A stretch of 61,796 bases of DNA, the filler included, from Candidatus Woesearchaeota archaeon (GTDB taxonomy: Archaea > Nanobdellota > Nanobdellia > Woesearchaeales > GCA-2685855): assembly GCA_002685855.1 (NCBI GenBank). It is 6 parts of 6 records of this genome, joined end to end, with 100 filler letters (N's around TTAATTAATTAA, not from the genome) between each part and the next. Parts side by side here need not be neighbours in the genome. Positions count along the whole stretch, not along the records: positions 34,322 to 45,562 come from NYYS01000019.1; positions 45,663 to 54,508 come from NYYS01000020.1; 4 more parts are not named here. One strand, 5' to 3'. Below the pieces are notes generated by a model. The model was not told the origin of the DNA and searched no databases. It saw nothing but the letters and a program-made list of their open reading frames with translations. The position numbers and the translations under genes are program-made. Numbering within the stretch: the first letter of the stretch is position 1; every line of letters begins with the position of its first letter. Below are positions 40,165 to 50,421 of this stretch, piece by piece.

Positions 40165-41928
40165 ATGACAAAACGAATCGCTGTCGTAGACAAAGAGAAA
40201 TGCTATCCTGTCAAATGTGGAAACCACCTTTGCATCAGGCTTTGCCCGGTCAACCGATCAGGAACCGACTGCATTGTAGAAGATCCTGATGACAAAAAGA
40301 TCCAGATCATCGAAGAAACCTGTACGGGCTGCGGCATCTGCGTCCACCGCTGTCCATTCGGAGCCATCAGCATCGTAAACCTCCCGGAAGAACTCGACAA
40401 ACCACCTGTACACCGCTACGGCATGAACAAGTTTGCACTCTTCTCCCTTCCTGCACCCTTATTCGGAAAGGTCGTCGGACTTCTTGGAAAGAACGGCATT
40501 GGTAAAAGCACTGCCTTCAACGTATTAGCAGGAACACTAACACCAAACATCGGAAACTACGACGAACAACTCGCTCCTGAAGAACAGTTCAAACAACTCA
40601 TCAACTACTTCAAAGGAAGTGAAGCACAAGCATTCTTCGAACAACTCAGAGATAATAAGATTCAGATCAGCTACAAACCCCAACAAGTGGACCTCATCCC
40701 CAAACACATCCAAGGAACAGTAAAACAACTCCTTGAAAAAACAGGAACAGAAAAAGAGATCGAACGTATTGCAAAACGCCTATCCATCGAACCCATCCTC
40801 GAAAGAAAGATCGACCAGATATCTGGAGGAGAACTCCAACGAGTAGCAATCGCAGCAGCAACACTAAAAGAAGCCAACGTTTATTTCTTTGACGAACCCA
40901 CAAGCTTTCTTGACATAAAACAGCGCATAAAAACTGCACGCTTTATACGACAGTTGGTCAACGAAGAAACAGGAGTCCTTGTTGTAGAACACGATCTCAT
41001 ACTGCTCGACTACATGACAGACCTCATCCATCTTATGTACGGAAAAGAGGATGTCTTTGGAATTGTATCTGGAGTAAAACCCACACGAACCGGCATGAAC
41101 GTCTACCTCGCAGGTTACCTTAGAGAGGAAAACGTACGATTCAGAGATTACAAGATAGAATTCCTCAAAAGACCCCCACTTACAACAACCCAACAGAAAA
41201 CACTGACCGAATGGGAACCTTTCACAATAAACCTGGGAGACTTTTCTCTGGAAGCAGAACAAGGAACCATCTCCCAACAATCGATCGTCGGAATCGTAGG
41301 AGAAAACGGAATCGGAAAAACAACCTTTGTCAAAGCACTCGCAGGAGTCCTCCCCGGACACCAAGGCATTGGAGTAAAGATATCCTACAAACCCCAATAC
41401 TTGGAACCCTCGGAAAAATCTGTGGCAGAAGTTTTACAGCAAGCAATGATGAAATACGACGCAATACTTGTAAAACCCCTTAACCTCCACATGCTCATGG
41501 ACAAACAGCTCAACGAACTCAGTGGAGGACAACTTCAAAGAGTATATATCGCACATGCACTCGCACAGGAATGCGACCTCTACTTGTTAGATGAACCATC
41601 TGCCTACCTCGATGTAGAGCAACGCCTTGCAATCTCAAAAATTCTAAGAGACATACTCGCAGCAACCGGAAGATCTGCATTAGTTGTAGACCACGACCTT
41701 CTCTTCCTTGATTATATATCTGACCACATCATGGTATTCGAAGGAGAACCTGCCAAAAAAGGAAAAGTTACAGGACCCTTTGAAATGGAAGAAGGCATGA
41801 ACCGCTTCCTCCAGGGAATCGGCATCACATTCAGAAGAGACGAAGAAAACAACCGGCCCCGGGCAAACAAAGAAGAGAGCCAGCTCGACAGAGAACAGAA
41901 AAAAACAGGGAAATTCTATTATTCATAA
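40165..41928 (+). CDS. Ribosome recycling ATPase ABCE1/RLI
   Basis: N-terminal FeS cysteines (C.GCGIC...CPF); two ABC domains (GKNGIGKS, SGGELQR, GENGIGKT). Confidence 0.97.
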   Translation: MTKRIAVVDKEKCYPVKCGNHLCIRLCPVNRSGTDCIVEDPDDKKIQIIEETCTGCGICVHRCPFGAISIVNLPEELDKPPVHRYGMNKFALFSLPAPLFGKVVGLLGKNGIGKSTAFNVLAGTLTPNIGNYDEQLAPEEQFKQLINYFKGSEAQAFFEQLRDNKIQISYKPQQVDLIPKHIQGTVKQLLEKTGTEKEIERIAKRLSIEPILERKIDQISGGELQRVAIAAATLKEANVYFFDEPTSFLDIKQRIKTARFIRQLVNEETGVLVVEHDLILLDYMTDLIHLMYGKEDVFGIVSGVKPTRTGMNVYLAGYLREENVRFRDYKIEFLKRPPLTTTQQKTLTEWEPFTINLGDFSLEAEQGTISQQSIVGIVGENGIGKTTFVKALAGVLPGHQGIGVKISYKPQYLEPSEKSVAEVLQQAMMKYDAILVKPLNLHMLMDKQLNELSGGQLQRVYIAHALAQECDLYLLDEPSAYLDVEQRLAISKILRDILAATGRSALVVDHDLLFLDYISDHIMVFEGEPAKKGKVTGPFEMEEGMNRFLQGIGITFRRDEENNRPRANKEESQLDREQKKTGKFYYS

Positions 41929-41940
41929 TTTTGAAATTAA

Positions 41941-43617
41941 TCACTTATGACTAAACCAGAGATCAACCTGCTTTCCTTTCTTATCCACACGGACAAACCC
42001 AAATCGTTCTGCCTGGACAACATCATCCACTGCAAACGTTGAAAGTGTACCTTCAGCAACCCCCTCCACTACAGAAGCATCATCCATCATAACAGAAACA
42101 GGAACATTCTTTCCGTTATCTGGCAGAAAATGCATAATCCTTCCCTTATTCTTTGTATCCTTGAATTCAGAATACTCTTCAGAATGAAACACAAACTTTT
42201 TCCCTTTCTTTTCAAAATTAATACAATCCATTAAACGATGAATCTTCCCTTCCTCTAACTGTGAAAGATCCTTTTTTGAAAGTAAAAACTTTTCACTAAT
42301 CTCAAACTTCCTCCCTCCCTTATGTGCATCCGGATGAAGATTCAATTCAACCTTCTTCAAAGGAGTGTTTTCAATCACAACAGGAACAGAATCAGTCAAT
42401 AGAAAAAACCGTTTTGCAACTGGATCCAGCAACCTTCTGTTAATACTGGCAACAGTGTCATACGAAATATTTGTGGGTGTAGAAGAAAGCCCCACCTCCT
42501 TCACTAGTTCACGATAGGTTTCAGGAATAATACCTCTTCTTCGAAACGCTTTTATCGTGGTCAAACGAGGATCATCCCAGCCCGTTACAGCATCTTTCTC
42601 AATCAGTTCACGAATCTCTCTCCCCTTGCTAATTGCACCAAGTACATTAAACCTGCCATACTCAACAATCTCCTGTGTAGGTAACTGTAACAACTGCTTA
42701 ATATAATCCTGAAGCTCACCCCGCTGCATAAACTCGTTGCTCCGAAGAATGTGACTGATCCCGAGCGTTGCATCCATGATCGCGTTATAGAAATCATACA
42801 TCGGCCATATCGAATACTTTTTTTTATGCTTAAAATGAGCTACATCGATCCGACGAAACAAAGCAGGATCACGCATCACCCCATTCTTTGATTTCAGATC
42901 GCCCCTCAAACGCAACAAAGCCGTTCCCACAGCAAACTTTAATCCAAGAAACTCTTTCCATAACTTCATATTCTCTTTAGCATCGTTCTCCCTGCAATCA
43001 CAGGCCTGCATCTTATTCCGTAACTTCTGAAGCTTCTCCTGTTCACAAAAACACATATAGGCATTCCCTTTGGTAATGAGCTCTTCTGCTCGTGTATAAA
43101 ACTGATCCATAGAATCCGACACAAACAGCTCCTTGTCCGGCTTAATTTCAAGATAGGCAAGATCCTCTCGCATGGCATCCACATACTCCTTTGTAACCTT
43201 CTCAGGATTTGCATCCTCAAACCGAAGCAGACAACTCCCTTTGTACCTCTGTGCATATAAAAAATTCAATAAGAATGAAAGCGCGTGACCAATATGAATA
43301 TATTTGCTCGGTTCAGGAGGAATCCGCGTATGCACTTTTCCCTGCTTCATCGAAGTAATAACTGGAAGATCCCTCTCCTTCTTCTCCTTCTTCTCAAGAG
43401 CGGAAGGATCCAGCTTTTTTAACAGTGCTTCCTGTTCCTCTGCTGATAGTTTATTGATCTCCTTGCATTCTGCCTCTAAAAGCTTTCTCAGATCATCTAT
43501 CTTTTTCCGCTTCTCAGGAAACTCCTTTAAGACTGCCCCTAACACCGCCTTTGGATTCGCTTTTCCACCATACTTCACAGCATTCTTCAGCACCAAAACC
43601 CTTATTCCGTCATCCAT
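41941..43617 (-). CDS. gltX: Glutamate-tRNA ligase (archaeal type)
   Basis: PPEPS.YIHIGH, LRFED.NP, GWDDPRL.T, QAERFGF. Confidence 0.95.
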   Translation of the reverse strand: MDDGIRVLVLKNAVKYGGKANPKAVLGAVLKEFPEKRKKIDDLRKLLEAECKEINKLSAEEQEALLKKLDPSALEKKEKKERDLPVITSMKQGKVHTRIPPEPSKYIHIGHALSFLLNFLYAQRYKGSCLLRFEDANPEKVTKEYVDAMREDLAYLEIKPDKELFVSDSMDQFYTRAEELITKGNAYMCFCEQEKLQKLRNKMQACDCRENDAKENMKLWKEFLGLKFAVGTALLRLRGDLKSKNGVMRDPALFRRIDVAHFKHKKKYSIWPMYDFYNAIMDATLGISHILRSNEFMQRGELQDYIKQLLQLPTQEIVEYGRFNVLGAISKGREIRELIEKDAVTGWDDPRLTTIKAFRRRGIIPETYRELVKEVGLSSTPTNISYDTVASINRRLLDPVAKRFFLLTDSVPVVIENTPLKKVELNLHPDAHKGGRKFEISEKFLLSKKDLSQLEEGKIHRLMDCINFEKKGKKFVFHSEEYSEFKDTKNKGRIMHFLPDNGKNVPVSVMMDDASVVEGVAEGTLSTFAVDDVVQAERFGFVRVDKKGKQVDLWFSHK

Positions 43618-43740
43618 GCCTCTTTGAAGAGAGAATCGCTTTAAATGTCTTTCTAGAATAAGTTATGTGGTGAAAAGAACATATGTCAAAAATAAGCAAA
43701 AGATTTATATACGTGATGGACATATGACTTGAAGAACATC

Positions 43741-44235
43741 ATGACCCAAACAAAACATGTCAAAGGAATATATTCCCTCTTTAATGCAAGATGGTATGAT
43801 CCATTCAGGACAGTGTGGGGATCGATCGTATCAAAAAAAGCAGAAAAAGACTTTCTAACGAATCTAAAAAAAGAGATAAAGCCCCAAACTAGAATTCTCG
43901 AACTTGGATGCGGCTCAGGTATCAATATCGGAAGACTACAGCACACTCTTTTCAAACAGTATACTGCTCTTGACTTCTCAGAAGAGATGCTGGATCGAGC
44001 AAAAAAACACTATACCAAGATCCCTAACCTCATACTCAAACACCAAGACATAACACGTGTTGATCATCTCCACTACGACATCATCATCTCAACATGGGTA
44101 CTCTCCCATCTCGAAAAACCTGCAGACATCATAAACAAATGGTATTCCCAACTCGCACCTGGAGGAAGCATATACCTCATCTTTCTTACAAAACCAAAAT
44201 GGTATATTAACCTCTGGTTCTATCCTTTTGCATGA
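43741..44235 (+). CDS. Class I SAM-dependent methyltransferase, possibly cut short by a premature TGA (frame stays open to 44352)
   Basis: ILELGCGSG, DFSEEML, LAPGG; 38 further sense codons after the TGA. Confidence 0.8.
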   Translation: MTQTKHVKGIYSLFNARWYDPFRTVWGSIVSKKAEKDFLTNLKKEIKPQTRILELGCGSGINIGRLQHTLFKQYTALDFSEEMLDRAKKHYTKIPNLILKHQDITRVDHLHYDIIISTWVLSHLEKPADIINKWYSQLAPGGSIYLIFLTKPKWYINLWFYPFA

Positions 44236-44384
44236 CTGTTTGCAACAAGATATGTCACACAACAAGAAATAAACAAAATAAATGGGGGAAAAATTATAAA
44301 GAGATACAGTGCAGGAATGACGACCTATATACATCTTCAAAAGTCAAGATGATGGCTTTCTAATCTTTTTATTGGAGAAAACTC

Positions 44385-45562
44385 TTAGTTATTTTTCAAA
44401 ATCGCGTGTTTATCCCAGAATGTCTTGTCATTAGCTGCGGGAGCATACTTTCCAGGAAACATCGTCAATACTGCATAAACACCTTCAAATTCATTAAATG
44501 CCTTACTATACTTTACAAAAAAATCTTTATCAACGTTCATCCCAAATTGGGGGTTAAATCCAACTAAAACAATGTTCAATAATGAAGTTGAAGGAATCGC
44601 CTTATCAGTATAAACGACATTCATAGGATTACCCCTCACATCTTCGACATGAACAGTTCCCCATTTCATACTATCATCAACAGATATTAAACCATCTTTA
44701 CCAACATTAACTCCTGTGTCTAAATTTTTTAATTCAACTCTTCCGCCCTGAAGTTTATTGGGTGATAATTCCCTCGCTAACACTTTATACAGTTTAGTTG
44801 AAGTATCTAATTGGTTAAATTTTGAACCCACCTGTCCTGTTCCTGTTCCATGTTTTCCCAATAAATAATCCGGACTTAATGCAACGAGTTTCTTGTTTTT
44901 CACGTTTAGAACAACCATTCCCGATGGAAATTCAGTAACCAAAGGAATCCCCTTTTTTCCTTCTTTGGCCTGAACGAACCTTCCGTTGACGTTCTGTTCT
45001 AATGCTTTGGCTCTATCCAGCATTCTTTTTGCTACATAAAAATCAGTTCTAAGATGTGATTCTATTTTAGAAATTATGGCTTGAAGTTGTTCACAAACCT
45101 TTGAATTACCTTTGGATTTTTTAATAACCTCTTTTATTTCTGTAGTCAAATCAGCTTCTTGTGTTTCAACATCAACTTCTGCTTCATGAATAGCTTTAAA
45201 TTCCTGTAAAACTATTGTTGCAAATCGTAATAATAGTTCTCGAGCCTTTTTCTTTAACTCAGTCACTTGACCTTTTGATAATGTAGTTCTGTCTCTTGTA
45301 AGAGTGATCAATAACTGTTTTAAACTTTTTCTGACACCCTCCTCTTCCTGTTCCAATCTAATCTCCTTTTTTCCATCTCTTATTACCTGTTTATCTAAAG
45401 ATCTATTGCTTTTAAAAATCCGTTTAAAGATTGTATGGATCGGCTTACTTCCATGACGTATCTTTCTTTCATCTCTTTTTTCCTGTCTTAAATCGCTGAT
45501 TAGCTGTTGTAAATCTTTATCAAAAGCAGATCTTATTTCATCAATTGTTTTATTGTCTAAAG
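44385..45562 (-). CDS. Coiled-coil protein with a globular C-terminal domain (toxin-like), 5' truncated
   Basis: Frame open up to the spacer; helical N-part; C-part KHG...GSKF and LTMFPG.YAP...FW.KH. Confidence 0.65.
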
Positions 45563-45662
45563 NNNNNNNNNNNNNNNNNNNNNNNNNNNNNNNNNNNNNN
45601 NNNNNNTTAATTAATTAANNNNNNNNNNNNNNNNNNNNNNNNNNNNNNNNNNNNNNNNNNNN
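45563..45662. other. Artificial contig spacer
   Basis: N44-TTAATTAATTAA-N44. Confidence 0.97.
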
Positions 45663-46136
45663 AGTAAACTCACTAACCTGAAAAGAAAAGGCAGGAACAT
45701 CTACATTCAGACTTTTTTCTAACAATTGTTTCAGGTTTTCCTTAGGGATGTGCTTTATTCGGGCAAGAGTAAGATGTGGCTTAAAAGAGTGGTCAGAAGG
45801 ATAATCAGAGAGTTTGGTTTCTATTGAAGAAGAGAGTTGCATAAGTTCAGGCACAGGCTCAACTCCCAGCCATAAGACGCGAGGATTCTGAACACTGGGA
45901 AACACCCCCATATGCGTTGTTTTAGTTTGAAAAGAGGAAAATGAGATCTGTGCTAAGCGGTCTTGGAGAAATGACATCTCTGTTTCACTCACATCACCTA
46001 AAAACTTGAGAGTCAGATGAATCGAACGCGAATTCAGGATAGCAAACCTGCCCAAGCGCAGGTCAATACCTTCTTGGATTTTTTTAATTCGTTCTTGAAG
46101 CTCCTTGGGAATATCTATTGCAAGAAATAAACGCAT
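45663..46136 (-). CDS. thpR: RNA 2',3'-cyclic phosphodiesterase (2H family), 3' truncated
   Basis: MRLFLAID, HLTLKFLG, PRVLW, FKPHLTLAR. Confidence 0.92.
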
Positions 46137-46183
46137 AAAGAAAAAAAAGAAAGAAAATATAAAAAATTTGTGGTTATGAAGCC

Positions 46184-46900
46184 TTATTCATCCTTTTTTG
46201 GCTTTTCTTCAGCTTCTTCTTCAGCAGGCGCTTCTGGTTCTTCTGCCGGAGCTTCAGCTGGAGCTTCAGACTCAGCTTCCTCAACAGGCTCTTCAACTTC
46301 AGGAGCAGGAGGAACTTCAGCTTCTGCTTCCTCAGCCGGAGCTTCAGCTTCAGGTTCTGCTTCCTCAGCAGGTGCTTCTGGTTCTTCTACTGGAACTTCA
46401 GGCTCTTCAACTTCAGGAGCAGGAGGAACTTCAGCCTCAGGCTCTTCCGCAGGAACTTCTTCAGCAGGTGCTTCTGGTTCTTCTACTGGAACTTCTTCAG
46501 CAGGCGCTTCAGACTCAGCTTCCTCAGCAGGAACTTCAGCTTCAACTTCTTCAGCAGGCTCATCTCCGAAGTCTTCTGTGTCCTTACTTGTATCAAAGGT
46601 TTCTTCTTGCTCAGCTGCTGCTGCAGCAGGTGCTGCATCATCTCGAGGAGCAGGTTTAGAACCCGCTTCAACAGGTCCTTTTGCATCGCCCATAAGCTCT
46701 GCAAAGGCTACCTTTCGCAAGACCTTTGTAACTCTAATGTGCACTTCATCTCCTTCTTTTACACCGGGAACAAAGAGGACAAATCCTTGCTTTCTGGCAA
46801 TACCATCGCCTTTTTCTCCCACTGCTTCTATTCGTACGTCTAATTCTTCACCTTCTGTAACAGGAGGTGTACTACTCTGATATGGTCTTCTATCCATCAT
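46184..46900 (-). CDS. TRAM-domain RNA-binding protein with a long acidic Glu/Ala/Pro repeat tail
   Basis: PPV.EGEE.DV.IE.VGEKGDGIA...GFVLFVPG...GD.V...KVAFAE; repetitive EEPEAPAEE tail. Confidence 0.88.
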   Translation of the reverse strand: MMDRRPYQSSTPPVTEGEELDVRIEAVGEKGDGIARKQGFVLFVPGVKEGDEVHIRVTKVLRKVAFAELMGDAKGPVEAGSKPAPRDDAAPAAAAAEQEETFDTSKDTEDFGDEPAEEVEAEVPAEEAESEAPAEEVPVEEPEAPAEEVPAEEPEAEVPPAPEVEEPEVPVEEPEAPAEEAEPEAEAPAEEAEAEVPPAPEVEEPVEEAESEAPAEAPAEEPEAPAEEEAEEKPKKDE

Positions 46901-47039
46901 ATTCTATTTCACCTTATTTTATTTTATGTGGGTTCGCTCTTTCGAGCTGTTCGATGGAAAGAAAGATTATTTATAAAGGTTCCCTATTAGAAGGGGTTAA
47001 AAGCTCGAAAAATAGATATAAAAAAAAAGAATAAAAAAA

Positions 47040-47975
47040 CTAGGTATCCCTCAAACAATCCTCTTCAACATAGAAAAGTGTTTCTCCATCAGGAAGGTTT
47101 GGACTGTCTACCAGTTTTGCTACACGGCTTCCCTTTTTTCCTTTTCTGAGATAGATTCTAAATGCAGAATTATGTCCTACAATGTGTCCGCCGATTGCCT
47201 CTGTTGGGTCGCCAAAGAACTGATCGGGTTTTGACATCACCTGGTTTGTGACATAGACTGCAACATTATAGTGGTCGGCAAGACTGCTTAATGTATGCAT
47301 GTGTTTGTTCAGCTTTTGCTGGCGTTCTGCAAGCGTTCCTCTTCCAACAAACTCTGCTCTGAAATGGGCAGTCAGGCTATCTACAATTACCAACTTTACA
47401 TTGTCTCCTTCTTTGACAATATCTACGATTTTTTCTGCGAGAAGCATCTGGTGGTCTGAGTTAAAAGCACGTCCCACTTTAATCTGTGCTAAGACCTGTT
47501 CGGGTTCAAGGCCCGCCCCTTTTGCAAACTGTGCAATACGTTCCGGTCTAAACGTGTTTTCTGTATCTATGAACACCACACGGCTTTCAGGATATTGTTT
47601 AATGCATTGAACTGCCAAAGAATGCGCGATCTGTGTTTTTGAACTACCATACTGACCAAAACATTCGGTAATGACGCCCGTCTCAAAACCTCCACCTAAG
47701 AGGGTGTCAAAGTTTTTGCTTCCTGTACTTATCCTGTGAACGTTTTCACGCTTCTCCATCATATCAGTTCCAGTAGAAAAGCCCATATTCATACTATCTC
47801 TTGCTGCATGGATAATCTTTCTTGCTGTAGCCTCGGTTACTCCGGAAGCTTCTACCAGCTGGCCGTTTGTGGCTACGGCGATAGAAAGGAGCGTGTCAAA
47901 GCCGGACATAATCAGTTTTTCTGCTGTTGCTGCACCCACACCGGGAAGATCCTGAATTGAAAGTTCGTCTGTCAT
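47040..47975 (-). CDS. radA: DNA repair and recombination protein RadA
   Basis: HhH LPGVG..TAEKL; GQYGSSKTQ, IDTENTFRPERI, VDSLTAHFRAE.GRG.LAERQ, R.AKLVDSP. Confidence 0.96.
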   Translation of the reverse strand: MTDELSIQDLPGVGAATAEKLIMSGFDTLLSIAVATNGQLVEASGVTEATARKIIHAARDSMNMGFSTGTDMMEKRENVHRISTGSKNFDTLLGGGFETGVITECFGQYGSSKTQIAHSLAVQCIKQYPESRVVFIDTENTFRPERIAQFAKGAGLEPEQVLAQIKVGRAFNSDHQMLLAEKIVDIVKEGDNVKLVIVDSLTAHFRAEFVGRGTLAERQQKLNKHMHTLSSLADHYNVAVYVTNQVMSKPDQFFGDPTEAIGGHIVGHNSAFRIYLRKGKKGSRVAKLVDSPNLPDGETLFYVEEDCLRDT

Positions 47976-48067
47976 ACATACTGCCTCTTGTTTCATAAGG
48001 GAACACCTCTTCATTTATTTATCTATCTACATCGATGAGCATACAATAAAAAAAAAAGAAAAAAAAA

Positions 48068-48358
48068 CTATGCGGACTCTTCTGCGATAGCATCGTCTCT
48101 TAGGGCAACATATTCATAGGCCTTATTGAGAACGAGAATCGCTTTAGGAAGGTCTGACGTTCGTAAAGAATGTGTATCCTTCCACTCATTATTTTTGTCC
48201 TTATAGCTTCTCCGGAGGCTAATTGTCTGAAACTGGACGGGGCTTCCGTCACGGGTTCCTTCATTGAGCCAGATCGTAGCCTCAATCGCTCCGGCCTTAA
48301 ACTTCTTCTGGGGATAGTTCTTCCCCATAATTTCCTGCACTGTTGGTGCTTCTTTCAT
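48068..48358 (-). CDS. Small conserved hypothetical protein, possibly ssDNA/RNA-binding (PC4-like)
   Basis: P.KKFKAG.I.ATIW.N...ISL.RSYKDK..EWK.T.SLR..DLPK; co-oriented upstream of radA. Confidence 0.65.
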   Translation of the reverse strand: MKEAPTVQEIMGKNYPQKKFKAGAIEATIWLNEGTRDGSPVQFQTISLRRSYKDKNNEWKDTHSLRTSDLPKAILVLNKAYEYVALRDDAIAEESA

Positions 48359-48448
48359 ATTTCCACCTCGCTTGCTTTTCGCTTTTTATTTCAAGCCTCC
48401 TTACCGGCTTGGCTTTGGAGACCGAGGTGTTACATCGTTGATGCAACA
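48359..48448 (-). ncRNA. Candidate structured 5' leader (cis-regulatory)
   Basis: Three stems, one pairing CACCUCG with the SD-containing CGAGGUG; TATA-like ATATAAAG at ~48468-75. Confidence 0.5.
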
Positions 48449-48544
48449 ATTAGGTTAATGCATACTCCTTTATATGCCTTGCGCGCGGTTGTCCAGTGAT
48501 CTTTCGGAAAAGGTGGAAATATTCTAACTATTCAGAATAAGAGC

Positions 48545-48994
48545 TCACAACCCGCCTTTTATAACCAAATAGCCGTTTGCAACCAGGAGAAACCAGAAAA
48601 AGACCATCTCTACCCAGCTTCCCACATGGATTTTTCCTTTAAGGTGCGGCAAAGGCCAGGTTTTTAGCCCTGCCTGCGTCAATAGATCCAGAAAAAGATG
48701 GCCCAGAAAGCCGACACCAAATCCCATAATATAGATCCCTTCGTGAAAGAGAAGATAAACAATCCACATACAAAGTCCCATCCAGACAATTGAATGGAAA
48801 AAGCCTCTGTGTTTGAAGATCCAGCCAATAAATTTTACCTTTCTCCCCAAGTAGCTATGCGGTTCGTCAATATCAGGAAAAAGCGAGGCAAAGAGCACAA
48901 TAAAAAGAAAACCAATAGGATTCCCAATATCAAAAAGTGTAAGCCCTAAAAGAGAGATGAATAATCCAAATACCAAATGGGTTTTTCCTAACAT
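48545..48994 (-). CDS. Membrane-bound metal-dependent hydrolase (YdjM-like)
   Basis: KTH, PDID, HRGFFHS, GHLFLD.LT..G. Confidence 0.88.
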   Translation of the reverse strand: MLGKTHLVFGLFISLLGLTLFDIGNPIGFLFIVLFASLFPDIDEPHSYLGRKVKFIGWIFKHRGFFHSIVWMGLCMWIVYLLFHEGIYIMGFGVGFLGHLFLDLLTQAGLKTWPLPHLKGKIHVGSWVEMVFFWFLLVANGYLVIKGGL

Positions 48995-49815
48995 TATATA
49001 AACTCAGGGAAGAGAAACACCTCTATATACGCTCCCAGGATCACCAAAACAATCGCTATAGTGAAGATAATAAAACCGTCATACATTACTCGTTGAAAGC
49101 GCTTACTCCCCAGCTTTTCTTTCAGGACAGCCTTACTAAGAATACCCCCTCCGATAATAGCAAGCAGGTAACTGCTTACTTCGACAACCGTATGAGGAAA
49201 GACCTGAATAAAGAGGTTCAAAAAGGCAAGAGGTACAGACTCATGGCTTACCTGGGCGGCCTGTTTTGCGATATAGCCAAAGATCGTTCCCCAGACAGAA
49301 GCATTCCATGTAAGGAAAAAGATAGCTCCTGCCCCGTAGACAAGGCTGAATACAAAGCTTACCAATAGAACTTTCATATTGTTGAGAAGAATGCCAAAAA
49401 AGTCAGGGAATAATAAATTTGATGCCTCCCCGGTTACTCCCACGAGTCTCAGTTGACTTTTAAATACATTAGCTACAGTGAGCTCATCCAGGATAAGACT
49501 AAAGATTGAATAGGTTATCATAATGCCCAAGAAGAGAAAGATATATGTTTGAAAGATATCCTGATGATTCCTATAAATTTGAGTAATAGTTGTTCTCTTG
49601 GCCTGCACCATCTGCCGTGTTTCTATGGTTAAAAGACGGTTTAGAGTAGGCAAAACCAGGACAGAGGTAAATGCAATACTCACAAGCCCTACACTCTGCG
49701 GAAAAACGATCATTGCAGAGATAATACCTATTGTGGCATAGAACATTCCTATAAGAAAGGAGACTTTCGGCTTTTTTTCTAAAAATGTTGGTTTAAAGAT
49801 CTGCTCAAACACCAT
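48994..49815 (-). CDS. SpoIIM-like membrane protein
   Basis: ILLNN.KV, LTWNASVWG, PH...E...Y, GAYIE. Confidence 0.8.
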   Translation of the reverse strand: MVFEQIFKPTFLEKKPKVSFLIGMFYATIGIISAMIVFPQSVGLVSIAFTSVLVLPTLNRLLTIETRQMVQAKRTTITQIYRNHQDIFQTYIFLFLGIMITYSIFSLILDELTVANVFKSQLRLVGVTGEASNLLFPDFFGILLNNMKVLLVSFVFSLVYGAGAIFFLTWNASVWGTIFGYIAKQAAQVSHESVPLAFLNLFIQVFPHTVVEVSSYLLAIIGGGILSKAVLKEKLGSKRFQRVMYDGFIIFTIAIVLVILGAYIEVFLFPEFI

Positions 49816-49877
49816 GCTTTTTTAGAAGAAAACTTATTTATAAAGGTTTTTAAAAGAAAAAGAAAAAAAATGCTCCC

Positions 49878-50207
49878 TTAGGAGCTATTTGAGTTATTAT
49901 ACTGGGCTTCCTCCACATTTGTCAGATTAGACCCATTATCAGACATAGACATCGAACCATTACTCCCATTAAACGGAGCCGCCACAACGTTAGTCAAATT
50001 AGACCCATTATCAGACATAGACATCGAACCATTACTCCTATTAAGGAAGGCTTTAATAACAGACTTATTTGTTTCATTCAAATTCTGCTTATCCAATAAT
50101 CTCTTTGCCTTTGCCTTATTAAAAGCCTCTCCTGCGGTGTTTTCTCCTGTACATGCTACAAGAAACACCAACACCACAAATCCTACAAACAAAATTGCTT
50201 TCTTCAT
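49878..50207 (-). CDS. Small lipoprotein with an internal tandem repeat
   Basis: Lipobox LVAC; GAGGTG SD; NGSMSMSDNGSNLTNV twice. Confidence 0.65.
   Translation of the reverse strand: MKKAILFVGFVVLVFLVACTGENTAGEAFNKAKAKRLLDKQNLNETNKSVIKAFLNRSNGSMSMSDNGSNLTNVVAAPFNGSNGSMSMSDNGSNLTNVEEAQYNNSNSS
49926..50038. repeat. Intragenic duplication: 41 identical bp at a 72-bp period
   Basis: 49926-49966 equals 49998-50038. Confidence 0.85.
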
Positions 50208-50421
50208 TCTTTTTCACCTCAAGTTTTTTGAATTCATTAGAGAATGTAAATAATTGAAATTGAGAAAAGTAGAGTAATCCATTCGTTTGACAACAATTAT
50301 TCATTCAGTCACCACACACATCACCCACAAAAGGTATATATTTTCCTATACTCAAGTAGAATTAGCTATTTAAAGTTTTATATACTCTAAAACAACCATT
50401 AGAAAACAAGGTATTTATAAA

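Noticed and set aside
30680..44235. Two in-frame TGA codons (30680, 44233) suggesting TGA reassignment
   Set aside because: Conserved genes (PAC2, Rpo7, S24e, RNase Z, GluRS, Pcm) end at TGA at their expected C-termini, often as ATGA/GTGA overlaps, so the standard code applies
46170..46880. Ser/Gly/Ala-rich 236-aa ORF on the plus strand
   Set aside because: Antisense shadow of the repetitive TRAM gene
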